A DNA stretch of 64,000 nt, taken from assembly GCA_002499085.1 (NCBI GenBank), contig DAKD01000016.1, forward strand, positions 88,880 to 152,879. Reading direction: 5' to 3'. A program made the translations under genes and the position numbers. This document shows, in pieces, positions 17,801 through 30,500 of the stretch. The notes below the pieces were generated by a model. The model made no database searches, had not been told where the DNA came from, and worked only from the letters and a program-made list of their open reading frames with translations. Numbering within the stretch: the stretch's first letter is position 1; each line of letters opens with the position of its first letter. Origin of the DNA: Methanomassiliicoccales archaeon UBA280. GTDB lineage: Archaea; Thermoplasmatota; Thermoplasmata; SG8-5.

Positions 17801-18328
17801 CATACCCATGTTTATCGGGCCTGCCCAGTCGTCGTCGGAAAGCATCAATGCCGTGCCTCCAGTGACGCCGTCAACCCATGTGTAAGGGATGGTGGGCGCG
17901 GGAGCATTGCTGTCCTCCCAGACATATCCAAACATATCCGGACCGCCTGACTGCTGCGGCTCTACCGGAATCACACCAGAATTCGTCGGCAATCCCGCCT
18001 CCTTAGATCCTGTAGCTGTTGGTTTGCTGGAATTCTCGGAATCCCTGAGCCTTGGCGGTATCAAGGCGCCCTCGGATGGTTCATTCTCCACAATGTTCAG
18101 GTTCCTCTGAGGTACTTCAGATGACCCTTTGAAAAAATTGGTGATAAGTGACGGTTCTTGGGTGTCTTGAATGATTACCTCTGGAACAGCATCATCCGCC
18201 AGCGATTCTTCTGATGCTTCCGCTGAAGCAGCGGGGCTAAGGCTCATCGCAACCATCACAGCTACCAGAAGTATAGCAGCCATTCCTTTCCATGACGCAC
18301 CGGTCTTGACAGAGTCAGTATGTGTCAT
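11843..18328 (-). CDS. giant secreted, C-terminally membrane-anchored surface protein (2161 aa) with parallel beta-helix, jelly-roll/MAM-like and flavodoxin-like modules
   Basis: N-terminal signal-like MAAILLVAVMVAMSLSPAASA. PbH1 repeats NNDVGILLDGVAGCEIHDNIIRNCGDGIQLNNAGGNRIQGNEILNNVGAGI. LamG-like region. Acidic Pro/Glu linker then a TM helix LLALLAISVIMIGMALF plus RKRK. Alternative start at internal Met 18283. Confidence 0.8.
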   Translation of the reverse strand: MTHTDSVKTGASWKGMAAILLVAVMVAMSLSPAASAEASEESLADDAVPEVIIQDTQEPSLITNFFKGSSEVPQRNLNIVENEPSEGALIPPRLRDSENSSKPTATGSKEAGLPTNSGVIPVEPQQSGGPDMFGYVWEDSNAPAPTIPYTWVDGVTGGTALMLSDDDWAGPINMGMSFNYYGKIYDNVYIMSNGWISFVDADSWFQDVPIPDDVNYQGIISPYSCDINPGAWGEVYYQCMPGTPDMFVVTWYDIPHYSTSEYQTFQAVLYGDGDIMFNYQTMTNPWGIVGIENEISSDGLDYSSGSPPPVSGTSILFYGPPPPAYAVEINPDFESNIGLPGNTVSYDLSVTNNGINTDTFDLSAKNNEWPVEFWSSSSVSLINEQFEGAFPPPGWVTVDYFGWGYPGGEWHSNDYTGYSNDAGTGQCTEANSDYLSWDWTWSGGVDAGLCTPIFNLDGYASATLEFDQYYLDENWGSWDYAEVWICWDGGGSWDLLDYYDEDHGPNEHVTLDLTPWIGLGDAFIEFYYYDDWNWCYWWQIDNVEVTAYTETSVPITSVGPLALGDVAFFSVRVNIPADASPGEFDVADITASSRGDNTVLDTVQLCTYIPSWFDNFESGSPGWTVEGDMWHMVQDGVSPYPNSHSPTTSWWYGQDATGDYDNGNSNWGVIISPPVDLTGQSTTTLSFWEWYQTEGLYPMFDQRWVFIYSDSTGWVPVEQLNENAMNAWQQRSFDVSPFSNQIVHIAFYFDTGDEIFNGFRGWYIDDVSLGSPLVFDFTVSPDSQTNFGWVGEWVEHRVSITNTGTIPDVYLPMFYNNMDTSQNADWWTKFFTVDLRPQGIYNGIDDGSQTWWWGPVQPGETKEYAIKVFVPTNEIGAFDQARIFITSDNLGSVVKEIEIWTRLSMPAPFYDTFELAGNQGEFGLYNDPVLGWIHGAWQRTDTDDVGVWGGTSYTGTFSLYTGGEDNSATTIKIDMDMPNGIASCVVRRGDVAFGSDNPEAGEDLIIEYSDGNLQWAQWHELGRFPGGGTPGEILTPLWTLPEDALNPRFQLRFRTVNGEIWSDYWHIDNVFIGAPESWFGLQTPTTSDMRGPGDIALYEISVENYARHCDEYTVSLEGNTWPTEVLVSAFKDDFDDLNRNGWTVVDEGWTDGPPSNWYVDGAGRLRQTDNIYSYSGQWLPGTYLWNGNAAWSDYILTADLMSSDNDGIGLMARYTDSHNYYRFHWSADAGWDKDLTEPGLQRRVLDVCVDGVWQVLASDNIPYTLSQWYDVEMRMLGDRIQVLIDGNLIFDVNDGSLDHGAIALYSWGNTGIYFDNVAVFAQDTLISPLGPQGPLNTDTFFVAVDIPADVIGLSDTVTVTVTSILEPWVSNTMTLTTTAARVHNLDQDTWFMAIQPAVNAADPGDTLWAYPDTYQENVVVDKAVTIHGLDRDTTIVDGTVDATGGVPLNNILIYADDAFHPAPNTYVDQALNNLGLTYTAHYDSDFAGFEADLTGGGPWDLVIFGHENYNTDLTTILNALDTYIAGGGRVIFNTWEMSWTSHAFWTTMGVAYASDDGSPPDPVYWWDTSNPLFNSPESVPQLTTPADVGYGTYACKVNPLAGFDAIAGHVPAVTAGEAAIVPGNDGRTIFKSFLDGQFGQDADTDGIADGVELWINMISSMGTPMARTSVFDVRANYVSIDGFTIQNNDVGILLDGVAGCEIHDNIIRNCGDGIQLNNAGGNRIQGNEILNNVGAGILAAGNTFAPFQDDFAADSGLWTYYGNAARVGGYCSLTTNAGSLVGQILYNEPIHTPFIATFDFYAGGGTGADGMAFNFFKEAYTPAGGGSIGAQDADETTLGYAIEFDNWDNGASDPSANHIALIQNNVNNHLTNVNDPRTEDATWHNVMVIVTPWSVTVYVDDMDNPLLEWSGQLDMTHGGMSFSAGTGGSTNHHRVDNVRVVPLGNMIEANQVKNNDFGVILDSSMTNKVFHNNFINNGVHALDNRDDNQWDDGYPSGGNYWSGFTGPDTQNGPLQNIPGADGMIDNPYVIDASSQDNYPLKGQYTTAGIVIEPVAVVEEPVEEPEDEDEGDTITAVLPEVPTHPIQYTVPQDDEIPADEEPVAETPVPEDTEAAEPVPDQNDPVRESVASVPNGIGSGYLLALLAISVIMIGMALFIRKRK

Positions 18329-18527
18329 AACTTTCCCTTCCTTTATATTATTATAAGTCGGCTATAATAGTTTTAATATTTAATATTACCGCTTGCTATT
18401 ATATATGAAACATCTGGCGAAATTGCAGATATTCGCCGACATTCCGGACCAAGGCTGCATGCGGGCTAATCTCAAGGAAACGCCGCTCACGCTGGCTTCA
18501 AATGGCGGCTGTCTTGGGCTTGCCGCT

Positions 18528-21500
18528 TCAGTCTGCCTGAGGCTCTTCGGGGGCCGGCTCGGCTCCGTCCTGCCCGCCGTCGGGATCGTCAGGCTCCTCC
18601 GGCCCGGACTTCTTCTTCTTTTTGAGCAGCATGAAGACCAGCAGGCCGGCGACCAGCAGGGCTATCAGCAGCACCGGGATTATCCAGCCCACGCTGCCGG
18701 ACCCGCCGTCCTCTTCGAGCGCGAGGATTATGTCGTCGGCTGCTGTCGCTGTTCCCGCGGCAACGCTTGCGGTCGTGGAGCCGGACTGGTAGCCTTCCTT
18801 TGAAGCCTGTATCGTGTACGAGCCTGCAGGCACGCTGGCGAAGGCATAGTTGCCGTTCGCGTCCGTGGTCGCAGTCAGAGAAGTACCCTGCAATGACACG
18901 GTCGCTCCCTCTATTCCGGCGCCGCTTCCGTCCAGGACCCTGCCTCTCAGGCTGCCGGATGGCGTCTGAGGCTGGGCTTGCGTTGTGAAGGTCCGCGTCA
19001 TGTCAGCGGCCATAAGGTTGCCCGCGATGTCAGTTATTCCGGAAGCAGTCAGGTTTACGGTGTACGTTGTTCCGTATGCCAGAGAGGTGCCCGGCACGAA
19101 GGTCATTACGGTTCCGGCCGTGTTCCAGACGAACGTACCTGTGACCGCTGGGAACAGGGAGAACGCGGCCTGTGCCGCGGTCTGGCCCACAGGCTCGCTG
19201 AAGGTGACGGTGATGTTCGTCCCGATCGAGATATTGGTGCCTGAGGGAACTACAGTGGCAGTGGGCGCCACCCTGTCGACTATTGTGGCAGTATCAGGCA
19301 CTGTCCCGCCAATCGGAACCGTCCTGTGGTTTCCTGCCAGGTCAAACGCGACAATATAGAACCCAAAGGCTCCGTCGGAAGATGCCGTGAAGGATATGGG
19401 TGAAATGAGGTGATGTGTAGGTGTTGCCGTCCAAGTCGAGCCTCCGTCCGTCGTGTAGTAGAGGACATAGTATGCCAAACCGCCGGAGTCCGTCGCGGTG
19501 AAGGCGATGTTGAAAGTTGCTACCGTGGTATAGGCCGGCAATGCCGTGACAGTCACGGTCGGAGCGGTCGCGTCATAAGCCCAAGCAGCGTCGGCCGAGG
19601 AGGGCGCGGCCTCAACCTGTCCGTTCGAATCCGTTGCGGTGGTGTAGAACTGGTAGAATCCCTGGCCGCTTGCGAACCCGAAGCTCCATGACCAGGGCGC
19701 GGCAGTGTCAGTTCCGAAGCTATTCCATCCGCCCCATGTGGCGTTGTCAGTGGAGAATCTGTACCACAGCATCACGCTGGCGACAGTCCCCTCGGAGTCG
19801 CTCGCGGTCGCCTCAACGGTCAGCGGACCTGAAGCCAGCCAGTACGGCCCGGCCACGGTCACTGAGCTTGTCGGCGGGTTCGTATCGGCTCTGCGCCTGC
19901 ATGAGTCATCCGCGGAGGCCGGCGGCAGCTCCCCGTTGTCGGCATTGTCGACCGCTATGGTGTAGAACTCATAGTATCCTGTCCCATTGGGCATGGTGAA
20001 AAGCCAGGACCAGGGCGCGGCATAATCTGTGCCGAAGGCCACCCATTCGCCCCAGGTTGCGTTATCGGCAGACCATCTGAACCAGAGCGTGACGTTCCTC
20101 ACGCCGCCTACCGCGTCGGAAACCGTCGCATCCACAGTCCTGCTGACCTCGTACGAAGCATAGGCTCCGGGCACGGAGGCGGCGCTGTCCGGTGCGGTGA
20201 TGTCATAGGCCCATGCCGCGTCGGCCGAGGCCGGCGCGGACTCGTAATTGCCGAGGCCGTCCGTCGACCTGCTGTAGAACTCGTAGAATCCCTCCCCGTC
20301 GGGCCAGTCAAAGGTGAAATCGAACGGAGCCAATGTGTCGGTCGCGAAGAGGGCCCATGCGGACCATGTTGCGTTATCGGACGAGAATCTGTACCAGAGT
20401 TCGATGCTGCCGAATCCGTTTAGCTGGGAGATGCCGGAGACAGTGGGTATCAGGGGCGATGTTGCGCGAGCATATGGGGCAACAAAGTTCACGTTCGTGG
20501 AGGGTGCGGTCGCGTCGTATCCGTAGCTCACTTCCGCAGGCTTCAGCGCCTCCTGGTTCCCGGCCCGGTCCACACCTCTGGTCTGGAACTGGTAGAAACC
20601 GTCAGCGCCGAACGCGAAGCTGAACGAATAGGGGGCTGTGGCGTCGCTCATCTGCAATGACCATGCGCTCCATGTTACGTTGTCTGCGGAATACCTCATC
20701 CAGAGATCCACATTAGATATGTTGCTCAGCGCGTCGCTTCCGGTTGCCGTGATGGTTATCGGGGATGTTATGCGCCAGTAGGCGCCGGTCACGTCGGCCG
20801 CTGTTGTCGGACTTGCAGTGTCGTACCCCACCCGTGCGTCAACGCCACTGTAGGTTTCCCAATTGCCAGCAAGGTCAACCCCTTCCGAGTATAACTCGTA
20901 GTAGCCGTCTCCATCAGGGAAGGTGAAGGTCCACTGGTATACCGGGACTGTGATGGTTGAGCCGTACTGCGTCCATGCACCCCATGTCACATTGTCTGCG
21001 GAATAACGATAGTACGCGTTCACGCCAGCCAACCCGCTCATCGCATCGCTCCCGAATGCTGTGATGGCCAGCAATCCATTATGCCAATAGAATGATCCCG
21101 CGGTCATGCTCGTGGCAGGTGCCGCCGTGTCATAGCCGTACGCCGCATCGGCCGTTCCGGGCATGGCTTCGGTGTTCATTGCCCTGTCCCATGCCTGGGA
21201 AGCGAACTCGTAGTAACCTTCCCCGAAAGGCCACATGAAGTCCATCGAGTACGGTGCGGTGAGGTCCGTGCTCATGTAAATCCACCCGCTCCAAGTCGCG
21301 TTGTTTGCAGAGTGCCGGCAGTAGAAGTCGACTCCGCCGACGCCGCTTAGGCTGTCTGAAGCGGTTGCGCCGATGGTGAACGGGGCTCCGACCTGCCAGT
21401 ATGCTCCGGCGGGGGTTACGCTGCTTGCCGGGTCAGTGGCGTCATAGGCGTTGAAGGCATCGGCCGCTGCTGGCGGGCTCTCGTAGTTGCCGAGCGTGTC

Positions 21501-24500
21501 CATGCCCCGGGTGAAGAACATATAGTATCCCTCCCCGCTTGGCGTGTAATCGAACGGGAATTCCCAGGGGGCTGCGAAGTCCGTGCTGAAGACTGCCCAG
21601 GGGCCCCAGCTGATGTTGTTGACCGACCAGCTGTACCAAAGCTCGACATAGCTCACAGGGTTGCCTGTGCCCATGACAGTTGCGGTGAGTGTGACAGGCG
21701 CGTTAAGCCAGTACGGCGAATACTGGTCCAAGCTGGTGATCGGCGCGGGCGGGTTCCAGAACCATTCGGCGTCCCGAACCGGTGGTGCAGCTTCCGTATT
21801 CTCTGCATGGTCACTGGCGATTGTGTAGAACTGATAGTATCCCAAGCCCATGGGCCAATCGAAGGCGAACTCCCATGGCGCTGCGTCATCGAGGCCAAAC
21901 CAGGTCCATCCGCCCCATGTCGAGTTGTCTGCCGAGTACCTGTAATACAGGGCCGTGTAGTTCAAGCCGCTGGGCCCGGCATCGCCGGCCGTAGCCATCA
22001 CTGTCATGGTAACCGCTGTCTGCTCGTAGGGCGGGATGAATATCACCGTGCTGCTGGGCGTGATGTTGTCGAAGCCTATCTCCACGTCGTACCCGCCCGG
22101 GGGCCATGCAGGCGCGTTGCCGAGCGTGTCATAAGCCCTTGCGGCGAACCTGTAATAGCCTGTTCCGTTCGGGTATGTGAAGCTCCATTGCCATGGGGCT
22201 GCACTGTCGACAGCGAACACGCTCGGCCCGCCCCAGGCGATGCCGTCCGGAGAGAACCAGTACACCAGCTCCACGCTGGCGACAGGGTTGAGGCCGTCAA
22301 GGGCCGTGGCTGTTACGGTCAATGGCGATGAGTTCTGCCAGTACTCCGGTATCATGTCCACGGTGGCAGCGGGCGGCGTGCCGTCGTACCCGCCGACGGC
22401 ATCAGCCACACCGGGCTGTGCTTCAAGGTTCCCGGCTGCATCGACGGCAGTGCAGTAGAAGAGATAATACCCGTTCCCGTTGGGCCAGTTGAACGCCCTT
22501 GTGTAAGGCGCTGCGAAGTCGCTGCCCAGCGACACAGGCGCTCCCCAGGTGACATTGTCCGCCGAATAGGCGTAGAAGAACTCGACCCATGCTATGCCGC
22601 TAGTCGCATCGAAGGCTGTTGCGGTCAGGGTTTTGGGGGCATTGTTCCAGTACGGAACAACCGGGTCAACGCTGCTCGAGGGCGGCGTTACGTCATAAAC
22701 ATAGGGCCCGGACTCGATGAATGTCGGGTTGACAGGCACAGGCTCGAAGCCGTTCGCCTGGGCGCACCAGTAGTATGTCCCGTCCGACGGCAGGTCGGTT
22801 GTCGGCGTCCAAGCGAAGTCAGGCAGCGTCACATCCTGGCCCCAGAAGTTCCAGGATGTGCCGCCGTCGTTCGTGTAGTAGATGTCAACAGCGGTTATGG
22901 TTCCGCCGTATGTGTATGTAATCGCTGGCCTTGGGTCTTGGCTGCCCGAGCTCGTGGGGCCTGTTGCCGAAGCATACTCTGTTCCGGCGGTCGTGAATGT
23001 GAAGTTTCCGTCTCCGGTCAGGGGGTTCCCCACAAGATCCGTGAATCCGCCTGTTTCAAGGTTCACATTGTACATTGTCGTGTAGGCAAGACCTCCATAT
23101 GTGCCGTTCAGCCATGTCCCGTCAGCCGACCATGTCCATACGGTTCCCGGCAGTGATGTGTCCACCAGGCCCAGCCCCGTGTCCATAGCCTCGTTGAAAT
23201 GAATTCTGAACGTTCCGGCCGTTACAGGCACATTAATGGCGCCGTCCGGCGGCGATGTCCATATCACTGTCGGATTGGTGGTGTCGTAACGGTAGGCAGC
23301 GTCCGCGGTCGCGGGAGGCGACTCGCGCCATCCCCAGTCGTCGATCGCTATGGTGTAGAACTCGTAGAATCCCTCTCCATCGGGCCAATCAAAGTCAAAC
23401 TCCCAGAGCGGCCCTGTGTCTGTGTCGAAGTATGTCCACGCGCCCCAGCCGGCGCCGTCCAGCGAGTGTCTGTACCATAATTCCAGGGACGCGACCGGGT
23501 CAGAAGACATTGATATCTGCACGTTGTCAACCTCGAACCACCAGTTCCAGCCCGGGCAGTAATAATAGAACTCAATCATAACGTTTGGCTCGCCGATGTA
23601 GGCGCTGAGGTCGTAGGATTGGGGGGCGCCGGGGCCGGATGGGGAGACATCCCAGTTCCATGTGTCTATGTTTGTCCATAAACCGCCGCCGTCCGTGGAT
23701 ACCCTCACCGCGGCATACTCGGAACCTATAAAGAAATTGTAGGACATGATGAAATCGAGGGTCGCGACAGATGCACCAACAAGGTTGAAGCTGGGCGTCC
23801 TTAGCCCTGTGTTCATTGTGGTTCCTGAACCGAGTCTGTCGCTGTCCGCATCTGCGCAGAAACCCGAGCCTCCTGCATAGTTCGGGCGACCTCCGGCCCA
23901 CATGTCGTTTCTCTGCCAGACTCCGTCACCTCCGTAGTTGACAACTGTCCATCCGGCAGGGGGCCAGGCTCCCTCGAACTGCTCGTTTATCAGAGTGCCG
24001 GAGAATCCGACCTCCGCCTCTATGGTCATCGGGCTGATGTTCACCGTGTCCGGCATGGTCTGTATCGCATTGCTGCTTGGGCAAACCAGGTCGAACAGCC
24101 AGGCCGCGTCCGCGGCGCCGGGCTCGTCCTCGTAGTTCCCTGCGAAGTCGCGCGCCCTCGTGTAGAACTGGTAGTATCCGTCTGCGTTAGCCGTGAAGGT
24201 CCATTGCCACGGTATTGCATTGTCCGTGGAGTGCAGGGTCCATATGCTCCATGTGGAATTGTCAGGGGAATGGCGCACCCACAGCTCCACAGACTGCACG
24301 CCGCTGAGGCCGTTGCCGGCGTCTGCGGTTATGACACGGCTCGGGCCGAGGTTGAGGTACGGTTCTGTCAGGATGACATTGCTCCACGGTATCGAGGTTT
24401 CATAGGCATAAGCCGCATCCGCGAAGAAGGGTGCAGCCTCGACAATGCCCGCATTGTCCTCGGCCACCGTGTAGAACTCGTAATATCCCTCTCCATAGGG

Positions 24501-27500
24501 CCAGTAGAATTCAAAGTCCCAGGGCGCGCCGAACAGCGTGTCCCAGTAGGTCCAGGCTCCGAACATGGCGTTATCCGCCGAGTACCTGTAATAAAGGTCA
24601 ACCGATGCCAGGCCGCTCGATGTCTCCAATATCCCGTCGCCGTACATCATTATATCGTCCACCATCCACACGCCTCTGCTTCCAATTGGGGTTTCCGCCA
24701 GGTAGTTCCATGCCATCATGACCGAGGGCTCGCCGGCATAGGCCGAGAGGTCTATTAGAATCGGGACCTCGTACCAGTTCCATCCCGGTCCTCCCGGACC
24801 GCCGGTCAAACCGTCAAAGTCGTAGGCCGGGTCATGGGCAAGGTCGGCCACAATGTCCCATGTGGAACCGCCGTCGGTCGAGACTCTGACATAGTCATGT
24901 GAGGTGGCTGACGAGCCATATCTCAGCATCGTGTAAGCGGACCAGAACTCCAGTTCCACCGTTGAATAGGAAGAGAAGTCCATCTCCGGCGAAATCAGCC
25001 ACTCGTCCTGCTCTCTGGCCGGCGGGTCGCCGCCGCTCCCGTCGCTCCACCAGACGCCTGCGCAGTAGGGCAAAGAGTTGGGCAGCGGTAACAACGAATC
25101 GTCCATCATGGACCAGTAATGCGTGAGCGTAGGGTTGCCGCTCTGGCTGGCAGAGCATATGCCGTCCACGGACCAACCTGTCGGCGGCCAAATACCGCCG
25201 TCGAAGTTCTCATTGATAAGGTTGGAGTCCCTGGCCTCGGCTCTGATGACGGTCGGGAATTCGCTGCGCCAGTACGAACCTTCCTGTATGACATGGCTTG
25301 ACGGCGCTCTGCCGTCGACTATTATACTGGCGAATGCCGTTGATTCTGTCTGGTAGTTTGTCACTGAGTCCCAGCCGTAGATGTAGAGGTCGTATTGCCC
25401 GTCTGGCCAGCCTGTCGTGTCTATGGGCGAGGTGGCCCACTCGATCGGGCCGTCGAAGTCCCCGTCAGCCGGGTTCATGGCAACTCCGGGGAAGTTTCCC
25501 TCGCCGAAGGTGTACAAAGCCCCCTCGACAGTGTTCCACCAGAAGTATGGGTTGGACTCAATCATACCAATCAGCGTAAGCAAGGTTCCGGGCTGAACTA
25601 TGGCCACCGGGGTTCCGTCCACGAGCGCATTTGACGATATCGGTGTCCTTGTCACGAGCCAACTCATTATCTCTGCCATCGCAGCAGTGCGCTCAGGCTC
25701 GTCGCCCATCTTCGAGTGGTCGAACGATGAGATCACCGAGCGGAAACCGCCACCGTCCATTCTCACCATTGTGGTCGCGCCGGCACCGAGGCCGGGCGAG
25801 AAGTAGCAGGATCTTACGGCCGCCGGGTCGACAATCTCAAGGATTGCATAGCTGCCCCATACCGAGGGGCAACTGCCTGGTGCGTCCATCGGGAATCCCA
25901 GGCCGTCGCCTATCGGGTCCCCGTTCTCGCCGGCCAGGGTCTGGGGTGCGGAACCGAACATGTCCCAGCCGTATCCCATGCCCCCCATGGAACCGTCGAC
26001 GGGCACAGCCCCGAACCACTGGCCCAGCCAGTCGGTCCATCCGTTTTCCGCCGCATCCATCCAGAACATGTCTCCTGTGAGGTAAATACTGCCGCCGTTC
26101 AGGAGGTAGTCCTGAATGTTCGTGCGGTCCGCAGCGGTAAGGCTGGGGCCGTTAACACCATAGGAGTTGCCTGTCGCCCAGATCACTCCGATGTACTGAG
26201 ACATATCGGCATAGGAAGGTGCACCGTAGGTTGCCACGTCCCAGAAATTGTAAGAAGCATATCCCATAGTATCCAGCCAGTCCAACGAGTCTGTGTACCA
26301 GTCCTCTGAGTCGATGCCCAGGTCGTCGTCCACCAACAGCAGGTCCGCATATGCCTGGCTGAACAGCTCGCACCAATCCCACTCTGCCGGGTCAGCCTGG
26401 GACTGGCCGTAAGGCCATGTGTATTCAATGTCCCCGGGATTGACAAAGCCCGGAATATCCACACGCACGATGAAGCTCTGGGACTCGCCGTACTCGAGCG
26501 GCCCGATGGCCGTTATAGGGCTGTAACCCAGGTCGAGGAATTGCGCGGTCCAGCCGTTCATCGAACCGTAATCGAGGTCGAAACTGTCGTTCCCCAATGT
26601 CCCGATGTTCGTGATGCTTACCCCGTAATCAATGCTGCCGCCGGGAAGTTCGAATCCCTGCTGCAAAACGGGGGTCAGCAGGCATCCCCTGTCTGGGTAT
26701 GCGGCATCAACGTCGAAGTCGTCGATGTACCATCCCGGATAGCCGCCCGTGGCGGGCGAGGACATGAATCTCATCCTGAAGGACACTGTCTCTCCCAGGT
26801 ACGGTGAGAGGTCAAACTGCTCCTGCAACCATCCGCCCGAGAAGCCGCTGAAGCTGTCGATTCCCCACCAGTTCATCCAGTCATAGCCGCCCACGGGAGT
26901 TATCTGGGTCCATGTCTGGCCGAAATCCGCTGTTATCTCGACCGAGCCGCCGTCCATGCCGTCCGTGTCATACCAGTGATGGAAAGACATCTCGGACCAG
27001 GAAGCCAGCCCCAGCGTGAAGTAGTGAGAGACCAGGGCGATGTCCGCCTCAGGATAATAGTCGTCGGCCAGGTTGGTTCCCCAGCAGTTGTCCGGCGAGT
27101 AAGCCGCGCCCGGGCCGAAACCCGAGGGATCGCCGATCTCCCAGGCTGTGGCGCCAGATCCGAAAGCCCTGAAGTCATAGAATGCCCCCTCGAATTCGTC
27201 GAACGCATGCGGCTCCACCCATACCTGGGTAAAGGTTTCGGCCGTTGCGGAGATTGACGGATCCGTCCAGGAAGCAACAGAAACAACGGCTAAATCCCAT
27301 TCGCTCGGGGACGCGCCCATGGGTATGTCCACAACAATCGTGAACCGGAAGCTCTGGCCCGGGTCCAGGTTGCTTGTTTGAGTGATGTCGAAGCTTGCTG
27401 TCTCGTCCATTATCCTCGTGTTCCAGGCGGAGGGATAGTCAAAGTAAAGGTCGAATGTGTCCGGAAACGCCATCCTGTTTGTGACCTCTACGGAATAGAT

Positions 27501-30500
27501 TACCGTGGTGTCCGGCATGTAGGCGAACTCCTGGTGCTCCGGCGTCATCTCCACTGAATCCTCTGCCAGCAGCCAGTCCAGAATCCTTTCCATCAGTTCA
27601 GCCCTGTCGTCCGCACCGTCCACGTCCGCCAGGTCGAAGCCAGTGAAGACAGTTCTGAAACCCGCAAAGGCATAGTGCATGGAGGCGCCGGCCATGTCAG
27701 GGTCCCAGACTATGGGAATCGCCGCATTCGGCGCGGCAGGGTCGTTCCAGGTCCAGACGCCGCTCAGCTCGGCCCAGTAATCACCGGTGTGTATGCACAT
27801 GTCCAGGCCGTCGCCTATCGGGTCGCCCGGCACTCCCAGCATGTCATACGGGAAGCCGTAGTCGCCATTCCACGGATTGGCGCCGAGATAGTTGTTCATC
27901 CAACCGGTCCCTATGTTGAAGGCCGAGTCCCAGCCGAACCCGCCACTCGAAAGGAAAAGTCTGCCGCCGTTGTCCAGATATGTCGAAAGCTCGCCTCTCT
28001 CTTTGGAGTCGAGCGTGTCCTCCGGTGAACCGAGCGTCGTCGTGCCTCCCGAGAGGTCCCCGGTGGTCCACACGACAGCGTCGAACATGTCCATGAATTC
28101 TGCGGCCGGGCAGCCGTGTTCGGTTGTGTCCCAGCAGGTGTGAGGCAGGCCATAGTCGTCGAGCGCAAACAAGTAATATGTCTCGACAGAGAGGCCGCCG
28201 TCGTCGTCCACCAGCAGTATCCCGCCCGGGACGATGGTTGTCAGCATGGCGGAATCGCCCGCGCCAGGGTCGTTCCAGGATTCTGCCGAGACATATGCCA
28301 GGTCGCTGTCCCCGGGCATTGCGCCGCCCGGTATGCTGCACCTGGCCGTGAAGTCCAGGAAACCGCCCGAGTCCACAGGGCCGACCGAGGTTATAGGCGC
28401 AGGAGGTATGCCCGTGTCCCCGTATATGTGCACATTGTCGATCTGCCACCATCCGGCCCATATCCCGCTGTCGTAATAGTAGAACTCGATCGAAACATCG
28501 TCGTATCCCACCCACGGGGTGAGGTCGATGAAGATGTTCTCCCCGGGTCCTGTCGGCGAATGGTCCTCATCATAGTAGGCGAGCAGGTCACCCATGCCGT
28601 CATAATACACAACAACGTAAGCGTAATCATCAGAACCCAGGTTCAGGTCGTAATAGCACATGTCGAACTCCAGTCCGGCCGCGGGGAAGCCGTCAAGGCT
28701 GAACTCAGGCGTTGTGAGCGAGGCCTCGACCCCGCCGCTGCCAGTCCACCAATTGGACATGGCATCGCTGTTCGCCTCGGCGCAGTACCCCGCACCGGCC
28801 CAGTTCGGGTATCCGGTGTAATCGTTGCGGTGCCATTCGCCCAGCGGGTCGCCCCATGAGTTCCAATCGTATAGCGTCCATCCGGGCGGCGGGAACCGCC
28901 CCTCGAAATCCTCGCTCACCAGTGTCTGGGTTGGCGAGCTCCAGAACTCGATCGGCCACACGCTGGTCGAATACAGGTCATAGGAGTCGGCCTCGGTTCC
29001 GGAATTTGCAATTCTCATTGTATAGTCCACATCTGCCCCGGGCAAGCCGAAGTTAACCTGCTGAGCGGGGAACAGGTCTGCGCGGTACTGAGGGGGGGCG
29101 CCCATGAATATATCGTCCAGGTACCATCCCCAGTCGCCTCCCCACCAGGGCGAGGATGCGAAGTGGAACCTTGCCTGCACAGCCTGTCCGGCAAAGGCGC
29201 TCAGGTCGAACTCGTAAAACTCCCAGCCGTCGCTTGTTCCGGAGAAGGCATCAGTCATGTAGCCGCTGCAGTATGCGTCCGTGTAGGGATATCCCCAGTA
29301 ATGCGAGCCGTATGTCGGTTGTATCTGCATCCAATCACCTGCTCCGCGTACCTCGACGAAGCCGCCGTCATCGCCATCCGTCTCCATGTCGTACCAGGTC
29401 CAGAACGAGAGCACCTGCTGGCCGCCGCTGAGTCTCACCCAGGGCGTTACCAGGGCCATGTCAGTGCCCGGGTAGTACGCGTCCCAGAGGTTCGTGCCCG
29501 CGCATTCCGTGCCCGCGAAGGCGCTGCCCGGCCCCGCGCCTGAGGGGTCGCCTATCTCCCATTGTGTGGAGCTGGGCATTTGCTCGGTGAAGGTCCACGC
29601 GCCCCAGCCTGTCTCGAATCCGTCATACCAGTCGGTCCAGAATGGAACCACAGTCTCGGTCTGCGCCATCCTTTGCACGGCCGGGTCTGCCTGTGATGTG
29701 ATGTAGATGTCCGCGATGTCGAAATCGCCGGGTCCGGCGCCGCCCGGGACTCCCACTGTGGCCAGGAAATCCATTGTTTCCCCCGGTGCCAGCGGCCCTA
29801 TCTGTGAAATTAAGGCCGTCTCGGTAATCCTGATATTGTCCAGCTCGAAGAATGCAGGTCCAGACATGGACTCAGGAACCCACCAGTCGAACTCGATGTA
29901 AACTGTTGTCCCTGCATAAGGCATCAAGTCTACTAGGCCTTGCAGGATGCCCGTATCGGACACATATGTGTTTGCTGGCGCAACCAGTATAACATGGGAT
30001 TCAATCGGGGGGCCGCCTCCCGAGGGTTCGATGAGGACCGAGAATGTTCTGTCAATGGTCGCCGGAATCGTCTCCAGGTCCCAGGCAGCTCTATAATCGA
30101 ACATCAATACGGAGTTGGCCAAAGGCACATCGAAGTCCTGGCCTGCCAGAATATGGCCGGGGCCGTTGCCGTCGAACCCGTTCTGGAGGGAATATATCCC
30201 GTCGGTCGGGGCGCTGTCGAAGAAGCCGCCTCCAGGGTTGTTCCCTGCGCCCGAGACCTGCAGAGGCGAGAATGGGCCGGATAAATCCGTGGCGTCCCAT
30301 CCAGTGAAGTCCCCGGTCTCGAAACTCGGGTTGTTGAGTTGGGATGCGGACAGGCCGTCCAGGCCGTAGAAATCCACCGGCCAGGAGCTGGTTGCCATGA
30401 GGTCATATGTGTCGTCGCTCAGCCCGTTGTTCGTTGCGTGCAGCATGTACGATACCTGCCCGCCCGGCACCCCGAAACCGCGCTGCGCTTCAGGCTCCAG

